64,000 nucleotides of DNA. Source: Syntrophales bacterium (GTDB lineage: Bacteria; Desulfobacterota; Syntrophia; Syntrophales; UBA2192). Below are positions 27,723 to 36,242 of this stretch, one piece after another. The notes beneath the pieces were generated by a model. The model did no database searches, had not been told where the DNA came from, and saw only the letters and a program-made list of their open reading frames with translations. The stretch lies in contig DAOTMG010000004.1 of the NCBI GenBank assembly GCA_035450185.1, positions 10,046 through 74,045 of the forward strand. The letters run 5' to 3'. A program made the translations under genes and the position numbers. Every line of letters begins with the position of its first letter. Positions within the stretch are counted from its first letter, which is position 1.

Positions 27723-28841
27723 ATGACGGGGCTGAAAGATATTCATCAGATCCTCAGAGACCCCGTGGCTTACGGCAGAAGGTTGAAGGCCGAGGGCCGC
27801 AGGGTCGTGGGGTATTTCTGTTCCTACACGCCCGAGGAGATCATCCATGCCGCCGGCGCCCACCCTTTCCGGCTCTTCGGCACGGACGAAGCCATCCACC
27901 TTGCCGACGCCCACCTGCAGGCCTATTGCTGTTCCCTCGTCCGGGGCGCCCTGGAAGAGGCCCTGGCGGGGCGACTCGACTTTCTCGACGGCGCCGTCTT
28001 TCCTCACACCTGCGATTCGATCCAGAGGCTCTCCGACGTCTGGCGCATGAACGTGAAAGGCCCCTTTCATCTCGACGTGGTGCTCCCCGTGAAGCTGGAA
28101 GGGGAGAGCGCGAGAGTCTACATGACGGACGTCCTTCAGCGCTTCAGGATGGACCTGGAAGCCCGACTCGGAGTCACGATCAGCAAGGAAGCCCTGAAGG
28201 AAGCCGTCGGGACCTTCAGCCGAATCCGGAGATATCTGGGTCGGCTCTACGACATCAAGTCCGAGGACCCGGGCCTCATCAGCGGAAGCGATTTCCACGC
28301 GATCGTTAAGTCCTCGATGATCGTGGACCGGGGTCGCCTCCTGGAGATTCTTCCCGGTATCGTCGAGGACCTGGAGAAGAGGAAGGGACAGGGGAGGGTT
28401 CCCGGGGGAAAACGCCTCGTCCTGGCCGGCGGCCTGTGCAACCACCCCGACGTCTATCGGCTCGTCGAGGGGGCGGGCGGTGTCGTTGTGGGGGATGATC
28501 TCTGCACGGGTTCGCGATATTTTGAAGGCATTGTGGAAGGAAAGGATGATCCCGTCGCGTCGATCGCCGGTCGGTACAGGACACGCCCTCCCTGTCCGGC
28601 AAAGCACGCGGGTCTTTTCACGCGGGCCGGCCGTCTCGTGGACATTGTCCGGAAAAGAGAAGCCCGGGGAGTCGTTTTTATGCTTCTCAAGTTCTGCGAC
28701 CCCCACGCCTTTGACTACCCCTGCCTGAAGGAAACCCTCGACCGGGAGGGAATCCCCAGCCTGCTTCTGGAGGTGGAGGACCGGCTCCCGTCGGAGGGAC
28801 AGTTTCTGACGCGGCTTGAAACGTTCATCGAGATGCTTTAG
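27723..28841 (+). CDS. 2-hydroxyacyl-CoA dehydratase/benzoyl-CoA reductase BcrC-BadD-HgdB family subunit
   Basis: Start at ATG 27723 (MTGLKDIHQILRDPVAYGRRLKAEGRRVVGYFCSYTPEEIIHAAGAHPFRLFG), 372 aa, typical N-terminus of this family. Conserved Cys (CSL, CDS, CDP). Confidence 0.75.
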   Translation: MTGLKDIHQILRDPVAYGRRLKAEGRRVVGYFCSYTPEEIIHAAGAHPFRLFGTDEAIHLADAHLQAYCCSLVRGALEEALAGRLDFLDGAVFPHTCDSIQRLSDVWRMNVKGPFHLDVVLPVKLEGESARVYMTDVLQRFRMDLEARLGVTISKEALKEAVGTFSRIRRYLGRLYDIKSEDPGLISGSDFHAIVKSSMIVDRGRLLEILPGIVEDLEKRKGQGRVPGGKRLVLAGGLCNHPDVYRLVEGAGGVVVGDDLCTGSRYFEGIVEGKDDPVASIAGRYRTRPPCPAKHAGLFTRAGRLVDIVRKREARGVVFMLLKFCDPHAFDYPCLKETLDREGIPSLLLEVEDRLPSEGQFLTRLETFIEML

Positions 28842-28856
28842 GAACGGAAGGTCGGA

Positions 28857-30140
28857 ATGGCCCAGAAGAACGCAAGGCCGGCGAATCTCACGCGGGAAAT
28901 TCCGCTTTTTCTTCTCGCCCGAGTCCGGAAGGGTCTCCTTCGCTTCAGGAAGCAGAAGAAGATGAAGGACATCATGACGGTCTATTACCTCGAGGCCAAG
29001 AGTGCCCGTGTCGGCGGCAGGAAGGTTGCCTGGATCACGAGCGGCGGTCCCGTCGAGCCGCTCATCGCCATGAATGTCATCCCCGTTTATCCCGAAAATC
29101 ACGGGGCGATGATCGGGGCCAGCAGGATGGGAGCGGGCCTGTGCGAGCTGTCGGAATCCATGGGGTACTCGAGCGACCTCTGCTCCTACGCCCGTTCCGA
29201 TATCGCCTGCGCCACCGTGAACGGCGGCCCCATCGGGGGGCTGCCCCGCCCCGACATGCTGGTGTGCTGCAACAACATCTGCGGGACCGTGCTGAAGTGG
29301 TACGAGGTGCAGGCCCGCTATTTCAACGTGCCCCTCTTCATCTTCGACACACCCATCTGCCACGCGGGTTTCGGCGAGGAGGTCCGCCGTTACGTCCGCC
29401 GTCAGCTCGACGAGTACGTTCTCTTCTTGGAGGAAGCCTGCGGCAGGAAAATGGACCGGGAGCATCTGGCGACGGTGGGCAAGCTCTCCCTGGAGGCCCA
29501 GCGCCTGTGGCAGGCGGTGCTCGACACGGCGATCAACCGGCCCGCCCCCATGAGCGCCTTCGATGCCTTTTTCCACCTGGCACTGATCGTGACCCTCCGG
29601 GGAACGCCGGAGGCCGTCGATTATTACCGCCGGCTCCTGGAACGGATGAAGGACAGGGCCGCGCGGGGAATCGGCGTCATTGCCGATGAGAGGTATCGTC
29701 TCCTGTGGGACAACATTCCCGTCTGGCACCGGACGCGGTGGCTGTCGGAAAAATTCGCCTCCCACCATGCCTGCCTGGTGGCCGACACCTACACATCGGC
29801 ATGGTGCGGGTCCGTGAAATATATCGATGAGAACCGTTTCTTCGATTCCATGGCCGAGGCCTACACACGTATCTACCTCAACATCGGCGTGGACGAAATG
29901 GCGCGCTCGGTGCTCGCCATGGTGGACAAGTACGGGGTGGACGGCATCGTGATGCACTCGAACCGCAGCTGCAAGCCCTACTCCCTGGGGCAGTACGACA
30001 TCGCGAAGATCGTCGAGAGAGAGCGAAAAATCCCGTCGCTCATCATCGAGGCGGACATGGTGGACGAACGGAGTTTTTCCGAAAGTCAGGTCGCCACGCG
30101 CATCGACGCCTTTATGGAGATGATCAAGGCGGCAAAATAG
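28857..30140 (+). CDS. 2-hydroxyacyl-CoA dehydratase family subunit (HgdA-like)
   Basis: 427-aa ORF with VAWITSGGPVEPLIAMNVIPVYPENHGA...DLCSYARSD...CNNICGT.... Confidence 0.75.
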   Translation: MAQKNARPANLTREIPLFLLARVRKGLLRFRKQKKMKDIMTVYYLEAKSARVGGRKVAWITSGGPVEPLIAMNVIPVYPENHGAMIGASRMGAGLCELSESMGYSSDLCSYARSDIACATVNGGPIGGLPRPDMLVCCNNICGTVLKWYEVQARYFNVPLFIFDTPICHAGFGEEVRRYVRRQLDEYVLFLEEACGRKMDREHLATVGKLSLEAQRLWQAVLDTAINRPAPMSAFDAFFHLALIVTLRGTPEAVDYYRRLLERMKDRAARGIGVIADERYRLLWDNIPVWHRTRWLSEKFASHHACLVADTYTSAWCGSVKYIDENRFFDSMAEAYTRIYLNIGVDEMARSVLAMVDKYGVDGIVMHSNRSCKPYSLGQYDIAKIVERERKIPSLIIEADMVDERSFSESQVATRIDAFMEMIKAAK

Positions 30141-30187
30141 TGGAGAGTGGTGAGAGGGATTAGAAAGACCAGAAAGACCAGAAAGAC

Positions 30188-30958
30188 ATGATCACCGCCG
30201 GAATCGACATCGGATCCGTTTCGACCAAGGCCGCCGTTCTCTCGGAGGGAAAACTCCTCGGCACCCGGGTTATCTTCACCGGATACAATGCGGAGGTCGC
30301 GGGGCGGCGTGCCTTCGAGGATCTTCTGAAAGAACTGGGGCTGGAGCACTCGGCCGTCCGCAGGGTGATATCCACCGGCTACGGGAGAAACAGCGTCAGG
30401 TTCGTCGACAAGGCCGTCACGGAGATTACCTGCCACGGCGCCGGGGCGCACTACCTGGACCCCCGGGTTCGATCCATCATCGACATCGGCGGACAGGACA
30501 GCAAAGCCATTGTCATCGATCAGAAAGGGAAAGTGAAGAACTTCGCCATGAACGACAAGTGTGCCGCCGGGACCGGCCGGTTCCTGGAGGTCATGGCAAG
30601 GGCCCTGGAAGTCGACCTCGAAGGATTCGGCGCCCTGTCGCTTAAGGCCCGGAATCCATCGAAAATCAGCAGCCTCTGCACGGTCTTCGCCGAGTCGGAG
30701 GTCATTTCGCTCATCTCCGGGGGCGAGGGCCGCGAAAACATCATTGCCGGCATCCACGAATCCATCGCGGCGAGGGTGGGAGCCATGGCAAACCGCGTGG
30801 GTATGGTGCCGCCTCTCGTCATGACGGGCGGTGTGGCCAAGAACGCCGGGGTGGTCAGAGCATTGGAGAAGAAACTCGGGATATCCATCCGGGTCTCGCA
30901 ATACGCCCAGGTCAACGGGGCCATCGGCGCCGCCGTGCTGGCGGCGGCGCTGAGATAG
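30188..30958 (+). CDS. 2-hydroxyacyl-CoA dehydratase activator ATPase (BcrAD/BadFG/HgdC family)
   Basis: 256-aa ORF with ITAGIDIGSVSTKAAVL, DIGGQDSK, NDKCAAGTGRFLEVMA, CTVFAESEVISL. These are ASKHA-fold ATPase features with the cluster-bridging Cys. Confidence 0.85.
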   Translation: MITAGIDIGSVSTKAAVLSEGKLLGTRVIFTGYNAEVAGRRAFEDLLKELGLEHSAVRRVISTGYGRNSVRFVDKAVTEITCHGAGAHYLDPRVRSIIDIGGQDSKAIVIDQKGKVKNFAMNDKCAAGTGRFLEVMARALEVDLEGFGALSLKARNPSKISSLCTVFAESEVISLISGGEGRENIIAGIHESIAARVGAMANRVGMVPPLVMTGGVAKNAGVVRALEKKLGISIRVSQYAQVNGAIGAAVLAAALR

Positions 30959-31016
30959 CGGTTGCGGCGGGGACTGCTGTTCGTGCCTGTGAAGGAAACA
31001 GCGAAGGGGGATCGCA

Positions 31017-31558
31017 ATGAAGAAGGGAAAGAAAGTACTCGTCCTGCCGGGCAGTCCCCGACGAAAGGGCACAGCGCCACCCTGGCAAGGAAAATCGCTG
31101 AGGACGCGAGGTCGTCGGGCGCAAGCGTGATGACCGCCTTCCTGCACGGCCTGCTACGCCTGCCGGAAACGGAAGAGCAGGGACTGCGTGACCGACGATG
31201 ACATGCAGCCCCTCTACCGGGTGATGCTGGAGGCCGACGCCCGGGTGATCGCAAGCCCCGTTTACGGGTTCACCCTGTCGGCCCAGGTGAAACTCCGGAT
31301 GGATCGTTGCCTGGCCTTCCCGGCATACGGCAGGGATCCCTTCGAGGGGAAGCGGGTCGCCGTCGCCATGACCTACGGAGCGAGGACCCCTACGACTGGG
31401 GGTGCATAAACGGTCTGCAAACCTTTCAGGATGCGTACAACGATGTCGGTGCCGACATCGTCGGCATGGTCTACGGCAGTGCCATGAAGTCCGGCGACAT
31501 CCGGTCGAACAGGGCCCTCTTGCGGGAGGCCGGGGAACCGGGGCAAAAGCTCGTGTAG
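31017..31558 (+). pseudogene. NADPH-dependent FMN reductase / iron-sulfur flavoprotein-like gene with three frameshifts
   Basis: Pieces in three frames join into a canonical sequence: MKKGKKVLVLPGSPRRKG | HSATLARKIAEDARSSGASV... | ACYACRKRKSRDCVTDDDMQPLYRVMLEADARVIASPVYGFTLSAQVK...KRVAVAMTYGA | EDPYDWGCINGLQTFQDAY...GDIRSNRALLREAGEPGQKLV. Shifts are near 31065, 31134-31150 and 31380. Confidence 0.6.
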
Positions 31559-31629
31559 AGAGCCTGAAATCACGCCGTTTTTTTTGGGCGAATTCCATGA
31601 ACCGGGGGATGATCTGATCGGCGGCGATC

Positions 31630-32235
31630 ATGCCGCCGATGGAACGGAGGCGAACCATGGAGACAGGGACCGATTTCAGTTTCGAAAAATGGTTTGTGGA
31701 TGCGATGATGAATCTAGCACCGGACCCGGCCGGCATTCAGGTGGACGGTGCGCCGAAAGATATGACGGATTTTGCCTCCAACAAGGCTTTTTCCGTCAGT
31801 TTTGCCTCGGGCGTCATGCCGGGGCCCTTCGGGATGGCAACCATCCTGCCGGAGCTTGCCGCCGTCACGAAAATCCAGATGGATCTCATCTACAAGATCG
31901 CAAAGTATCATCAAAAAGTCGACCGGGTGAACCGGTCGCTCGTCCTTTGCGTGTTTGCCGGGGCTTTGGGTGTGACGGCCGGACGCATCCTGGTGCAGTG
32001 GATCGGCAGCCGGATGATCATCAAGACACTGAGTACCCAGGCGGCGCAGAAAATAGCGGGTGCCATCGGTACCCGGATCGGCTCCGCCGTCGTCCAGAGA
32101 AGTGTCGGCCGCTGGCTTTCGTTTGCCACGGCCCCCGTTTTTGCCTATTTCTCCAGGAAGATGACGGAGAAAATCGGTCAATACGCCGACGAGCTTTTGA
32201 GCGAGGATATCGAGATCGAGCGGCCCGGCGAATGA
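31630..32235 (+). CDS. hypothetical protein (possibly EcsC-like)
   Basis: 201-aa ORF with coding-like composition and amphipathic or hydrophobic segments. Family assignment is uncertain. An alternative start is at 31657. Confidence 0.5.
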   Translation: MPPMERRRTMETGTDFSFEKWFVDAMMNLAPDPAGIQVDGAPKDMTDFASNKAFSVSFASGVMPGPFGMATILPELAAVTKIQMDLIYKIAKYHQKVDRVNRSLVLCVFAGALGVTAGRILVQWIGSRMIIKTLSTQAAQKIAGAIGTRIGSAVVQRSVGRWLSFATAPVFAYFSRKMTEKIGQYADELLSEDIEIERPGE

Positions 32236-32309
32236 AACAGAATTTTTGAATGTCGCCCCCGGGATACCCGCAGGGCCGCTGCACGGGTTTCCGTTGAACG
32301 AGAAAAAAA

Positions 32310-32341
32310 GAAGGCAGGTCACTTCTCTGTGACCTGCCTTC
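32310..32341 (-). terminator. rho-independent terminator between convergent genes
   Basis: Perfect 13-bp stem GAAGGCAGGTCAC / GTGACCTGCCTTC with a 6-nt loop. On the minus strand it is followed by TTTTTTTCT, downstream of the satP-like gene. Confidence 0.75.
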
Positions 32342-32378
32342 TTGGCTGGAGATAAGAAACAGGGTTAGAGGATTCCCG

Positions 32379-32972
32379 TTATTTCACGAAAGGTGCGGGA
32401 ATCGGGTAGATGACCTTGCCGTAGACGGTGTTGCAGACCACGGCGCCGGCAAGATACACTCCGATCCAGCCGGAAACAATCAGGAGCCAGCCGACGATCG
32501 GCTTGCCGATCGCGGGATCCATCTTGCCCAGGTCGAGACCGACGATGCACCACAGCACGATGTCGATCAGGACAACGAGGATGAAAATGAGCTTGTTGCC
32601 CTTCGCGTAAGCAGGGGTCACGGCGGTGAGGAAGCCGGCCCCGGCCATCCAGGTCCATCCCTCAACGTAGGCGTGAGGAGCCATGCCGAACTTGATCATG
32701 AAGAACTTGGAGAGAACGCTGAGAGAGGCACCGAACATGAAGAAGGCGGAGAAGAACAGGAAGACGTTTCCGCCGGTGACGTTGTGGTCTTTGAGCTCGA
32801 TGACGGCCGTGGTGTACTGGACGACACCGCCGCCGATGAGCCAGGCTGTCAGGATGGGCAGGCCTTCTACCTTTACCCAGCCAAGAAATACTGCGGCGAA
32901 ACCAAAGCAGGCTACTGCGAGAGCCCCGAGTCCCGCAGGAGCGGGAGTTGCAAAGCTATGTTCATGTGCCAT
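32379..32972 (-). CDS. GPR1/FUN34/YaaH-family acetate (succinate-acetate) channel, SatP-like
   Basis: Start at ATG 32972 (AGGAGG 7 nt upstream). Six TM segments and an N-terminal FATPAPAGLGALA variant of the NPAPLGL signature. Confidence 0.8.
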   Translation of the reverse strand: MAHEHSFATPAPAGLGALAVACFGFAAVFLGWVKVEGLPILTAWLIGGGVVQYTTAVIELKDHNVTGGNVFLFFSAFFMFGASLSVLSKFFMIKFGMAPHAYVEGWTWMAGAGFLTAVTPAYAKGNKLIFILVVLIDIVLWCIVGLDLGKMDPAIGKPIVGWLLIVSGWIGVYLAGAVVCNTVYGKVIYPIPAPFVK

Positions 32973-33113
32973 AAAAAATCCTCCTTTTTTGTGGGTCAAT
33001 GAACAAGTAAGAACGGTGGAATGTCAAGACGCTGTATCCTCTTGAAAAACTTTTTCACACCTCCTTTCTCTGTGGAATAGACGCCTTGCCTAAAAAAAAC
33101 ACAATACTCCCCG

Positions 33114-33129
33114 AGCAACCATTCCGCCC
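33114..33129 (-). promoter_or_regulatory. weak sigma-54 -24/-12 candidate upstream of the satP-like gene
   Basis: The minus strand reads GGGCGGAATGGTTGCT (GGC-N8-TTGCT with correct GG-N10-GC spacing), about 143 nt upstream of ATG 32972. The -24 half is degenerate. Confidence 0.3.
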
Positions 33130-33248
33130 AGGCAGGTATTGCCGATGAAATGAAAGACTAAAACAAAAGGGTGGAAAAGCGACATCCTCCTTATGGTTTC
33201 CTTCTCGCCCGGTGGAACCTCTTTCCCATCCTTTAAGCATTCACAGGT

Positions 33249-33285
33249 TGTGCAGGACCCACGGGGGTTTGAGGCATCCTGCACA
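33249..33285. promoter_or_regulatory. inverted repeat TGTGCAGGA-N19-TCCTGCACA (candidate EBP upstream activating sequence)
   Basis: Perfect 9-bp inverted repeat in the 580-nt gap between the EBP gene and the satP-like gene, about 120-170 bp upstream of the candidate -24/-12 element. Confidence 0.35.
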
Positions 33286-33554
33286 GCCCTTTCGGAAGAT
33301 CTTTGGCGCATGATCTTCTTGTAGCGCATTCTATCTACAGCAAAGGAGATGCCATCGATGTACACGCCTCTGACTCGACCGACCGGAGCAATGCAGGGAG
33401 GTTGAGGGAAACAAAAGAGCCGGTCATTCGGCAAAAAAAACAAAGACTTCCCGAGATAGAACAAGTGAAGACAGGGTTTGCGGTATGGACAGGAAAAATC
33501 GGATGATGAAAGAAAAGCGTTAAAAATATCAGCATCTGTTGAGAAAACGAACGT

Positions 33555-34949
33555 TCATTTCTTTAACAATCCAAGACGTTTCATCTGATGGTAGAGGGCA
33601 AGGCGGGGCAGGCCGAGAAAACGGGCCGCCTCCGTCTTGTTTCCGTGGCTCCTCTCCAGAGCCCTCCGGATCAGCCCTGTCTGGAACTCTCTCGTCAGTT
33701 CTTCATAGTTCGCGGCGGATTTTTCATCCAGGAAATCTGCCGGGTCGGGAACCGGAATACTTCTCCCATTGCCGCTCCGCGTCAGGATTTCCGCCGGTAG
33801 ATTCTCCGGCCGGATGACGTTTCCATCCTCCAGGATCATGATCCGCTCGATGGTGTTGAGCAATTCTCGGACATTCCCGGGCCAGTCATAGCGAACGAGG
33901 AGGTCCCTTGCTTCATCGGAGACGGTCTTGAGCGGCTTGCGGAATTCCCTGCTGTAGAGGTGTGTGAAGTGCTCGACGAGGGGCATGATGTCCGCCTTCC
34001 GTTCCCGCAACGTCGGCAGGTGGATGTTGACGACGTTCAGCCGGTAGTAGAGGTCTTCCCGGAACGTGCCGTTCGTGATGGCCGACCTCAAATCCTTGTT
34101 GGTCGCGGCGATGATGCGGACATCCACCTCCATGTTTTTCGTCCCGCCGACACGCCGGAAGGTCTTCTCCTCGAGCACCTGCAACACCTTGGACTGAAGC
34201 GCCGGGTGCATCTCACCGATTTCGTCGAGAAAGATCGTCCCGCCGTGGGCCAGTTCCACAAGCCCCTTCTTGGGTCTCTTTGCGTCCGTGAAGGCACCGG
34301 CCTCGTAGCCGAAGAGCTCGGTCTCGAGCAGGGTGGGGGGAATGGATGCGCAACTGATCTCGACAAAGGGCTGGAAGGCCCGCAGACCGTTGTAGTGAAG
34401 GCATTTGGCAACCAGGCTTTTTCCGGTGCCGCTCGCCCCTTCGATGAGGATCGTGACCGACTCGCTGCTGGCCGCCCGGGTAAGGACCTCGAGGACGTGC
34501 TGGAGAGCCTCGCTCCTTCCGATGATGTTGTGGTAGCCGTAGCGTTGCTTGTTCTTGTGGATGATCTTCCGGAATTCGGGTCGCAGGCAGCGCATTTCAA
34601 GGGCTGTCTTGACGATACAGGCAATGGTCTTCCTCTTGACGGGCTTGTGGATGAAATCAAAGGCACCCATCTCGAGGGCTTCACGGGTCGATTCTACATC
34701 ACCGAAGGCGGTCATGATGATCACAGTGGCATCGTGATGATGTTCCATCAGGTTCTGAAGGACTTCGATGCCGCTCATGTCGGGGAGGCGCATGGCAAGG
34801 AGCGTCAGGTCGAATTCCTCGTTCCTCGTCTTTTCGAGACACTCCAGGCCGCTTCCGGCAAGGACGACGCTGTACCCTTCGCCGGCGAGGGTATCCTTCA
34901 GTGATTCGCGAAGATCCCTTTCTCCGTCGGTGATCAGTATTTTGTTCAT
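33555..34949 (-). CDS. sigma-54-dependent response regulator (NtrC/AtoC family)
   Basis: Start at Met 34949 (MNKILITDGERDL). Receiver (DLTLLAMRLPDMSG), GASGTGKS Walker A, ELFGYEAGAFTDA, and a C-terminal HTH (GNKTEAARFLGLPRLALYHQMKRL). Confidence 0.9.
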   Translation of the reverse strand: MNKILITDGERDLRESLKDTLAGEGYSVVLAGSGLECLEKTRNEEFDLTLLAMRLPDMSGIEVLQNLMEHHHDATVIIMTAFGDVESTREALEMGAFDFIHKPVKRKTIACIVKTALEMRCLRPEFRKIIHKNKQRYGYHNIIGRSEALQHVLEVLTRAASSESVTILIEGASGTGKSLVAKCLHYNGLRAFQPFVEISCASIPPTLLETELFGYEAGAFTDAKRPKKGLVELAHGGTIFLDEIGEMHPALQSKVLQVLEEKTFRRVGGTKNMEVDVRIIAATNKDLRSAITNGTFREDLYYRLNVVNIHLPTLRERKADIMPLVEHFTHLYSREFRKPLKTVSDEARDLLVRYDWPGNVRELLNTIERIMILEDGNVIRPENLPAEILTRSGNGRSIPVPDPADFLDEKSAANYEELTREFQTGLIRRALERSHGNKTEAARFLGLPRLALYHQMKRLGLLKK

Positions 34950-35203
34950 GGGAACCGTGCCTCGAGCCGCCTGCACGTTCCGGCGGCATCACAGCAACAC
35001 AAACGAGGAACCCCGCTCACAGGGGTGGCGGGGTCGTTTTCACGTTTCATGACGTTCTCCGGACGAACAGAAAGAGCCTCTTTGTCTTCAGCGACGCGTG
35101 GATAACACGTAAAGGTGCGAAGTCACGCCCTGTGGACAGATTTATAAAAACACCAGGAACGAAAAATGTCAAATCAAATTGAGGTGCCGGCGGAAAGAGA
35201 CGG

Positions 35204-35509
35204 TCAGCAGTAGATGTCGATGCGGCGGCGCGCCGGCGGGGCTTCCGATTTGCTGCGGCGATAATCGTCGAGCGTCCGGTCTTTCAGGGCAAAGATCCTG
35301 CGGTTGAGGGCTCTCCGTTCCATACCCGGGTAAAGGCTTCTCTCCCTCCGGATCGCGAGAAGGGTTTTCCCCACCCACCGGCCTTCGGAAGGACGGTAGA
35401 GCTCTCGTATCTTTTTTGAGGATATCAGCTCGTTCAGGGTCGTGTCGTCAACGTATTCCTCCCTGTCGGACAGGTACCTGACCTTGACGAGATTGCGTGC
35501 CTCCATCAC
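35204..35509 (-). CDS. small conserved hypothetical protein
   Basis: 101-aa ORF. The pattern VKVRYLSDREEYVDDTTLNELISSKKIRELYRPSEGRWV...ERR resembles small proteins I recall near EBP genes in Geobacter-like genomes. This is unverified. Confidence 0.45.
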   Translation of the reverse strand: MMEARNLVKVRYLSDREEYVDDTTLNELISSKKIRELYRPSEGRWVGKTLLAIRRERSLYPGMERRALNRRIFALKDRTLDDYRRSKSEAPPARRRIDIYC

Positions 35510-35580
35510 AGGACGTCTCTCCTCCCTGGGCCTGACTCCACTATAGGGGGAAAAAGACGCGGGAACAATACGACGAATTC

Positions 35581-36042
35581 ATGATTTTTCCTACGAAAAA
35601 GGGATTAAGAAGCAGGAGCGGTTCAGCCGTCACGTCCTTGCCGGGGAGTTGCCGATCACCCTGGATAGGACGTCCTGTGTGGAAGCCCCGGGAAAAGCAT
35701 GAATTATTTCCAAACCGGAGATTTCAGGGGATACAGTTTACGGCAGCGGATTTCATCAGTCCTCTCGAAAAGAACAGTATCCGAATCAGCATGGACGGCC
35801 GAGGTCGGCTCTACGGCAACATCCGAGCTGAGAGGCTCTGGAGAACCGTCAAGGACGAAGAGGTTTATTTTCATGATTATTTGAGTGTTTCGGGCGTCCG
35901 CTTTCGCCCGACCGCCTATTTGCAATTATACTGCAGGGAGCGGATCCATGAGGCATTAGGATACCGGACGCCCTACGAGGTCTATTCCGGCAGACCGTTT
36001 AATTTGAACCCACGTGCAGGCTTACCCGGCCATGCACCTTAA
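35581..36042 (+). mobile_element. IS3-family transposase remnant (C-terminal rve/integrase-core fragment only)
   Basis: ...QFTAADFISPLEKNSIRISMDGRGRLYGNIRAERLWRTVKDEEVYFHDYLSVSGVRFRPTAYLQLYCRERIHEALGYRTPYEVYSG matches the end of IS3 OrfB. There is no DDE N-terminal half, no OrfA and no recognisable inverted repeats. Confidence 0.65.
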
Positions 36043-36242
36043 ACGAGCTCATTTTCTGCCTTGACTGCGGAGAGAGGTTTATGTAGTGCTGGAATACAGC
36101 ATGATCCAACAGCACGGATCATTGAAGTATCGAGACCCGCCGCCGGAGACACGGCTGAACAGAAAAACATAAAAAATGGCAGAACTTTGAATCAGCGTAT
36201 GATTCATAATCCGCAGACAGGTTAAGTTGCGCGGCTATCCCT

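Noticed and set aside
27513-29957. 814-aa ORF on the minus strand spanning the dehydratase genes
   Set aside because: It is antisense to two well-supported plus-strand genes. The translation is Gly/Arg/Pro/His-rich and low-complexity with no motifs. This is the typical stop-free shadow frame of GC-rich coding sequence.
33090-33464. 124-aa minus-strand ORF in the EBP-satP intergenic region
   Set aside because: The translation is Cys/Phe/Arg-rich and non-protein-like with no RBS. The region is better explained as regulatory DNA (inverted repeat and promoter candidates).
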